64,000 nt of DNA from the NCBI GenBank assembly GCA_944349765.1, contig CALVNN010000002.1, positions 6,039-70,038 on the forward strand, given 5' to 3'. The position numbers and the translations under genes are program-made. Under the pieces are notes generated by a model. It searched no databases. It worked only from the letters and a program-made list of their open reading frames with translations, and had not been told where the DNA came from. This DNA is from an uncultured Clostridia bacterium (GTDB lineage: Bacteria; Bacillota; Clostridia; Christensenellales; UBA1242). Positions 59,070 through 64,000 of the stretch are shown one piece after another (position 1 is the first letter of the stretch; each line of letters opens with the position of its first letter).

Positions 59070-59300
59070 CTCCTTAAAATAAAAATAGCGATAGCTATGT
59101 CAAAAATGCATAGTCACGCTACTTTAAGTAAATTGACAGTGCACTATTGACACCCGTTTTATTCACGCAAAAACTTAAAACGTAACCACTTACTGATATT
59201 TCAGTGGTTCAGCTCTAAAGGTGATAATCTAAAGGTTGCTTAACTAATTCTCACCAACCATTAGCTCTCTTATAAGCAAAATCTTTAGACCGTGTCCTTT
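59070..59300 (-). promoter_or_regulatory. T-box-like leader of ileS (Ile specifier) with terminator; the T-box core is degenerate
   Basis: Minus strand has Stem I hallmarks: AGAGAG (59270-59265) and the distal-loop motif GGTTGGTGAGAA (59259-59248). The specifier candidate is AUC followed by A, in AGAUUAUCACC (complement of 59223-59225). A Stem III-like hairpin is AACCACT...AGTGGTT. The terminator is TAGCG-TGA-CTATG ... CATAG-CTAT-CGCTA (59121-59086) followed by TTTTTATTTT. The expected GGGUGGUACCGCG is only approximated by AAGUGGUUACG. Confidence 0.55.
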
Positions 59301-59326
59301 ATATTAACGCCTTTATGTATAAATAT

Positions 59327-60490
59327 TTAGTTATCCCCTCTTATTTTTCTCAAGAAAGGTGGTATATCATCATCTACTTCCACTTTGACTCTAGAAGTTG
59401 GAATCTTCTCCTCTTCAACTTCTTCCTCTTCTTCAGGCTCTGGTTGTGACACTTTTGAAGCGGGCGTTGCATTGTCAAAATTGGGAAATGTGTGGTAATC
59501 ATATAATGCAGAATTCATCTCAGTCTCAGGTTTTACATCAAAGCCTGTTGCAATAATAGTGATTTCCACTTCTTCGTGCAAATTCTCATCAATACCAGCA
59601 CCAAAGATAATGTTACAGCTAGGGTCTACAACTTGTTTAACTAGTTCTGCTGCTTCATTAACCTCATCAATAGGCAAATCTAATCCGCCCTTCACATTGA
59701 TAAGTACGCCAGTAGCTCCTTCGATGGTAGTTTCAAGTAATGGCGAACTTACAGCTTGCTTAACAGCTTCGATGGTCTTATTCTCTCCCTTAGCATAGCC
59801 GATACCCATATGTGCCATACCACGATTTTTCATAATTGATTTTACGTCAGCAAAATCAAGGTTGATCAGACTAGGTGTAACAATAAGGTCAGAAATACCT
59901 TGAATACCTTGTCTTAATACATCATCAGCAGTCCTAAAGGCCTCTACCATTGGTGTACCCTTAGGAACAATTTTTAATAATTTATTATTTGGTATAACAA
60001 CCAAAGTATCAACATACTTTCTCAAATTATCTATACCATTGATACTATTAGCCTCTCTGGTCTTACCTTCAAATATAAAAGGCTTAGTAACTACAGCTAT
60101 AGTTAATATACCTAGCTCTTTAGCTATTTGAGCTACCACAGGTGCAGCACCAGTACCAGTACCACCACCCATACCAGCGGTAATAAATACCAAGTCACAA
60201 TCCTTTATTTGGTCAATAATTGCATCTTTACTTTCTTCAGCTGCTTTTGCACCTATTTCTGGGTCAGCACCAGCACCTAACCCACGAGTCAACTTCTCAC
60301 CTATTGCAATACGCACAGGTGCCTTATTCATAAGCAAAGCCTGCTTATCAGTATTGATAGCGATAAACTCAGCACTCTTAATCCCAGCACTTATCATACG
60401 GTTGACAGCGTTATTACCGCCACCACCTATACCTATAACCTTAATTCTTGCCACTGGTGGCACTTCTATTTTATTAGTTTCGTAATCCAT
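59327..60490 (-). CDS. ftsZ: Cell division protein FtsZ
   Basis: 387 aa with [11 protein letters not shown], an acidic linker and the C-terminal DDIPPFLRK peptide. Confidence 0.95.
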   Translation of the reverse strand: MDYETNKIEVPPVARIKVIGIGGGGNNAVNRMISAGIKSAEFIAINTDKQALLMNKAPVRIAIGEKLTRGLGAGADPEIGAKAAEESKDAIIDQIKDCDLVFITAGMGGGTGTGAAPVVAQIAKELGILTIAVVTKPFIFEGKTREANSINGIDNLRKYVDTLVVIPNNKLLKIVPKGTPMVEAFRTADDVLRQGIQGISDLIVTPSLINLDFADVKSIMKNRGMAHMGIGYAKGENKTIEAVKQAVSSPLLETTIEGATGVLINVKGGLDLPIDEVNEAAELVKQVVDPSCNIIFGAGIDENLHEEVEITIIATGFDVKPETEMNSALYDYHTFPNFDNATPASKVSQPEPEEEEEVEEEKIPTSRVKVEVDDDIPPFLRKIRGDN

Positions 60491-60503
60491 ATTTTAAACT
60501 CCT

Positions 60504-61631
60504 TTATATTAACGATGCTACGTATAGCAAACTTAAAATTGATGAATAATGTGGCTTATTCAGCCCAGCAATATCAGGTGCTAATATACTAACATCTTTA
60601 CTAAATGTGTCTGCTAATATATCCTTAGCTCCTTTTATATAGCTCAGACCGCCACCAGTCAAGTAAATATTCATATCATTGGTCACTACAGCACTTTCTT
60701 GTTGCAAACATTTTAAAATAGTCTTAGCAATTTGCTCCACTTTGTAAGCAACAATATTGTTCGCCGTTACAGCGGATATTGACTGAATAGAGCTATCACT
60801 AGTTGATTTGATTTCATACATCTCACTAGGGTCGGGCTTAATAGATAATACAATCTTTCGTTTTAAGGCATCCCCGACCTTATACCCTATCTTAAGCCAT
60901 CTCATCAAATCTTGCGTTATAAACCCTCCGCCTGAAGAAAATTCCTTGAGTCCTAGCAAGCCTTTTCCTTTTACAATCGCTACGCTAGTAGATAAATGTC
61001 CACAGTCAATAATAATATCTTCGACTTTTTCTTTATCCTTTAGCAAATATTGAGCTTCGGCTACTGCGGTACAGATATATCTACTTACCTTTATATCCAT
61101 AGCATTTAATATTTCTTCAATAGTATCCAAAAATTTTTCTTCCGCCAGCACATAGCTAAGTCGAGCACGTATACTTGAAGTAACCATACCTATTGGATCT
61201 ACCGTTTTTCTACCATCATCCAGCTTATACTCTATGGGGTCAACACTTATGACTCTATGCGTATTAAATCTATAGAAGTCATTCCCTAAATCAACTAAGT
61301 TGTCTAGTAGTGATCGATTAATTCGCATTTTATTTTTATTCTGTACTACTTCTTTTTCTACAGCTATACAAAATCCTGCTGGTACACCTACGCATACCTC
61401 ATCTATGATCACCCTAGCATTTCGCTCCGCAAGCTTAATAGCCTGTTTAATGGCTAGTCCGAGCTTATCCAGCTCTAAGAACTCTCCATCCAAATACCCA
61501 GCATATTCCGCTTCTCCACTACCTATTATCGTTATACTGCCATCCGAATTGCCGTGACCGACAGCCACCATAATCTTTTCGGTTCCTATATCTATAACGA
61601 CATTATTTTTCTTTCGAAATAAACTAAACAT
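60504..61631 (-). CDS. ftsA: Cell division protein FtsA (short, 375 aa)
   Basis: Actin-fold motifs (VIDIGTEKI, IIDCGHLSTSVAI, LTGGGL). Immediately upstream of ftsZ. Confidence 0.8.
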   Translation of the reverse strand: MFSLFRKKNNVVIDIGTEKIMVAVGHGNSDGSITIIGSGEAEYAGYLDGEFLELDKLGLAIKQAIKLAERNARVIIDEVCVGVPAGFCIAVEKEVVQNKNKMRINRSLLDNLVDLGNDFYRFNTHRVISVDPIEYKLDDGRKTVDPIGMVTSSIRARLSYVLAEEKFLDTIEEILNAMDIKVSRYICTAVAEAQYLLKDKEKVEDIIIDCGHLSTSVAIVKGKGLLGLKEFSSGGGFITQDLMRWLKIGYKVGDALKRKIVLSIKPDPSEMYEIKSTSDSSIQSISAVTANNIVAYKVEQIAKTILKCLQQESAVVTNDMNIYLTGGGLSYIKGAKDILADTFSKDVSILAPDIAGLNKPHYSSILSLLYVASLI

Positions 61632-61654
61632 TACATCAAACCTACCTTCTTTTC

Positions 61655-61683
61655 ATTGTATAACAATTACTTAGAATTGTCAA
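61655..61683 (-). promoter_or_regulatory. Sigma-A type promoter upstream of ftsA: TTGACA-N17-TACAAT
   Basis: TTGACA (61683-61678), a 17-nt spacer, then TACAAT (61660-61655). Confidence 0.5.
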
Positions 61684-61692
61684 ACATTTTTA

Positions 61693-62439
61693 TTAATTTT
61701 CTTCGACAATTACTTCATTATTGTGCATATATACATTAACAACTGCATTATTAGCGATTTGCCCTAAGACAGCTATTATTTTATTAATCTTTTCTTTAAG
61801 TGATACATCCACATTTTGGATATTTATAGTTATATTACCTTCACGGGTTTTCATTACAAAATCCGTCCTTTCATTTGCTGTAATCAATTCAATACTCATA
61901 AAAGAAGTATTTATAGCATTTTCATATGTACCGACAGCATCAAAAGCTTCTACTAGTAAATTGTAATATGTAATATCCTTTCCAGTGGCAAATTTCCCCA
62001 CCTCAAGATTTGCATCTGAAATATTTATACTTGTTAAAGCTGTAGCGTTCGTTATATTCAAGACCTTATAGTACTTGTCCAATATAGCATAGGTAGAGTT
62101 GCCTACCTTAACAGAAAAACAATCTTTTCGCTCAACACAATTTATCCTAAGCACATCAGGAAATACCGCTTCAAGGCCTATTACCCTTAGATAAGGGACA
62201 CTGCTCTCAATTGCTTCAGTCATCTTTGACTTGTTAATCAAAAACATACTTTTACCTTTAACTACGGCACCACTTTCGACTACATCATCCACTACTTCTA
62301 TTTCGGATAATGTGTGATTAGTATCCAAAAAATTTACTTTAATATCTTTTACAGTAAATATGGTACTACATAATATTATCACGATCAATAATACTACCGC
62401 TATAGTTATCAAAATAATATTTCGTGTCTTGCTTTTCAT
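61693..62439 (-). CDS. divIB: Cell division protein DivIB/FtsQ (POTRA domain)
   Basis: 248 aa with an N-terminal TM segment, a POTRA-like IKDIKVNF... region, and the position murA-divIB-ftsA-ftsZ. Confidence 0.7.
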   Translation of the reverse strand: MKSKTRNIILITIAVVLLIVIILCSTIFTVKDIKVNFLDTNHTLSEIEVVDDVVESGAVVKGKSMFLINKSKMTEAIESSVPYLRVIGLEAVFPDVLRINCVERKDCFSVKVGNSTYAILDKYYKVLNITNATALTSINISDANLEVGKFATGKDITYYNLLVEAFDAVGTYENAINTSFMSIELITANERTDFVMKTREGNITINIQNVDVSLKEKINKIIAVLGQIANNAVVNVYMHNNEVIVEEN

Positions 62440-62507
62440 ACAAACCTCCGAACTTTAAATAGTATACAATAAAAGTCTTGATTTGTACATAAGTATTTAA
62501 CAATTTA

Positions 62508-63767
62508 TTAAAAATTTTTGCGTATAATGTCCGCTCCTAATTTTTTTAAAGCGTCTTCTATCTTTATGTAGCCTCTATCTATGTGTTCTATATTGTGTAT
62601 TGTTGTGTATCCACTCGCCATAAGTCCTGCTATGATAAGTGCGGCACCAGCTCTTAAGTCTGAAGCATATACATCAGCTCCATACAGCATATCCGTTCCT
62701 TTAACAATAGCATTTCTATCCGCCACCAAGATATTTGCCCCCATTTTATTCAACTCATTTATATGTTTAAACCTGGATTCAAATAAATTTTCTATGATAA
62801 GGCAACTACCATCACTCACAGTCTCTAAAGCCATCATAGGTGCTTGTAAGTCTGTCGGGAAGCCAGGATATGGCTTTGTCTCTATTCTAGTAAGTGCCTT
62901 AGGTCTATGATCACAAGTAAGACTTATACTATTTTTGCCTCTTTTTATTTCACATCCGCTTTCTTCCAGCCTATAGAGCAAAGCTTCTAAATGTTCAGGA
63001 TTTACATTGGTCAATTTTATATTTCCCGTACATCCAGCCACAGCAATCAAATAAGTCCCAGCTATTATCCTATCACCGATAGGTTTATACTCGCATGAAT
63101 GCAACAATTTACCTACGCCTTTAACCACTATCTTATCCGTGCCTGCCCCACTCACTCTAGCACCACAAGCATTAAGAAAATTTTGAAAGTCTACGACTTC
63201 TGGTTCTTTAGCAACATTATATATAGTCGTTGTGCCCTTTAGACATACTGAAGCCAAAATTATATTGTATGTAGCACCTACACTCGGCAAATCCAAGTAA
63301 ACTTCACCACTTGTTAGATTTTCGCCCTTACAATACAAATAACCATGCCTTTCAATTATCCGTCCACCTAAAGACCTAATCCCCTTTAAATGCTGGTCAA
63401 TGGGTCTTGCGCCTATTAGACAGCCACCAGGATATGCTATCTTAGCTACTTTCATCCTTGCCATTATAGCCCCCATGGTGTAAATTGAAGCTCTTAATTT
63501 TAAAGCTAAATCGCTCTCTACCACGGAATTATTTATGTTTTCACAGTCTAAATACAAAGTCTTACCTTTTACAACTGTTTTAGCTCCAAGTCGCCTCAGT
63601 ATCTCTAACATATCTTCACAATCGCTAAATCTTTCAAAGCCATTTATCTTTACTACACCTTTTACCAGTATAGATCCAGCCAATATAGGAAGTAAGCTGT
63701 TTTTAGCCGAAGGGACTGCTAATTTACCATTTAAGGATTTCCCACCGTTTATTATTATCTTTTTCAT
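62508..63767 (-). CDS. murA: UDP-N-acetylglucosamine 1-carboxyvinyltransferase
   Basis: About 419 aa, starting MKKIIINGGKSLNGKL, with PGGCLIGARPID (active-site Cys). I prefer the ATG at 63767 with an AGAGGTGG RBS over the ORF-track start at 63794. Confidence 0.95.
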   Translation of the reverse strand: MKKIIINGGKSLNGKLAVPSAKNSLLPILAGSILVKGVVKINGFERFSDCEDMLEILRRLGAKTVVKGKTLYLDCENINNSVVESDLALKLRASIYTMGAIMARMKVAKIAYPGGCLIGARPIDQHLKGIRSLGGRIIERHGYLYCKGENLTSGEVYLDLPSVGATYNIILASVCLKGTTTIYNVAKEPEVVDFQNFLNACGARVSGAGTDKIVVKGVGKLLHSCEYKPIGDRIIAGTYLIAVAGCTGNIKLTNVNPEHLEALLYRLEESGCEIKRGKNSISLTCDHRPKALTRIETKPYPGFPTDLQAPMMALETVSDGSCLIIENLFESRFKHINELNKMGANILVADRNAIVKGTDMLYGADVYASDLRAGAALIIAGLMASGYTTIHNIEHIDRGYIKIEDALKKLGADIIRKNF

Positions 63768-63778
63768 TTCCACCTCTT

Positions 63779-64000
63779 TTAAGCCATAAACCAACCAAAG
63801 CCTTCTTCATTTCTAGAAAGATTTAATTTATGTCCACAATGTAATATATAATTTTTTATTTGGTCGGGTCTTGCTAATGGATATTTTTGAAGCACCAAAC
63901 AAGCCACACCCGCTATCATAGGCGTAGCTACACTAGTTCCCGACATTACCGTATAACCTTTTCCATTAACAATTTCTTTATTGTTACTTATGATATTTGT
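63779..64000 (-). CDS. Subtilisin-family (S8) serine peptidase, C-terminal fragment (5' part outside the window)
   Basis: My minus-strand translation gives ...GKGYTVMSGTSVATPMIAGVACLVLQKYPLARPDQIKNYILHCGHKLNLSRNEEGFGWFMA*. It contains the catalytic-Ser motif SGTSxAxP. TAA stop at 63781-63779. Confidence 0.75.
   Translation of the reverse strand, partial: TNIISNNKEIVNGKGYTVMSGTSVATPMIAGVACLVLQKYPLARPDQIKNYILHCGHKLNLSRNEEGFGWFMA

Noticed and set aside
1-64000. Mobile elements, prophage remnants, defence islands, toxin-antitoxin pairs, tRNA/rRNA genes
   Set aside because: No transposase, integrase, recombinase, restriction, Cas or abortive-infection-like ORFs are present. I found no terminal inverted repeats and no cloverleaf-compatible sequences. 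Every gap longer than 100 nt is accounted for by promoters, leaders, terminators or the two stable RNAs.

Overview
AT-rich, very compact core-chromosome segment of an endospore-forming Firmicute. I count 65 protein genes, 64 of them on the minus strand, with mostly 0-60 nt spacers and several TAATG/ATGA stop-start overlaps. The RNase P RNA has the class A layout, which suggests Clostridia rather than Bacilli; species cannot be determined from the sequence alone.

Content is housekeeping plus sporulation:
- rny, a cysteine desulfurase with thiI, and pheST behind a Phe T-box.
- yunB, spoVAC-D-E, rubrerythrin, rarA, RNase P RNA, a HemZ-like radical SAM gene, recJ, secDF.
- An S1-domain protein, plsC, cmk, rluB, dacB, ytfIJ-like genes, scpAB, an M50 protease, a second DD-carboxypeptidase.
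- spoIIM, spoIVB, recN, argR, xseAB, nusB, an Asp23-family gene, the complete spoIIIAA-AH operon, efp.
- truB, nrnA, rbfA, infB, ylxQ, ylxR, nusA, rimP, a 271-nt Bacillus-type SRP RNA.
- An amidohydrolase, galU, an RluA-family synthase, type-2 ileS behind a T-box-like leader, ftsZ, ftsA, divIB, murA, and the 3' end of an S8 peptidase gene.

I see no transposase, integrase, phage, CRISPR, tRNA, toxin-antitoxin or recognisable defence genes, so I cannot support a claim of a novel multi-gene system here.

The points worth a second look are:
- An in-frame TAG at codon 29 of the otherwise intact HemZ-like gene.
- An Asn/Tyr-rich lipoprotein of about 600 aa, the only plus-strand gene, divergent from spoVA.
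- An orphan membrane protein of about 450 aa with no visible RBS or promoter, placed directly behind the rnpB terminator.
- An array of near-consensus ARG boxes overlapping the argR promoter.
- Loss of several conserved neighbours from their usual positions: spo0A after spoIVB, spoIIGA-sigE-sigG after ftsZ, and ispA-dxs-tlyA-nadK before argR.
- A recurring TTGAYW-N17-TATACT promoter architecture.

All calls rest on reading the sequence and recalled family motifs; no database search was run.
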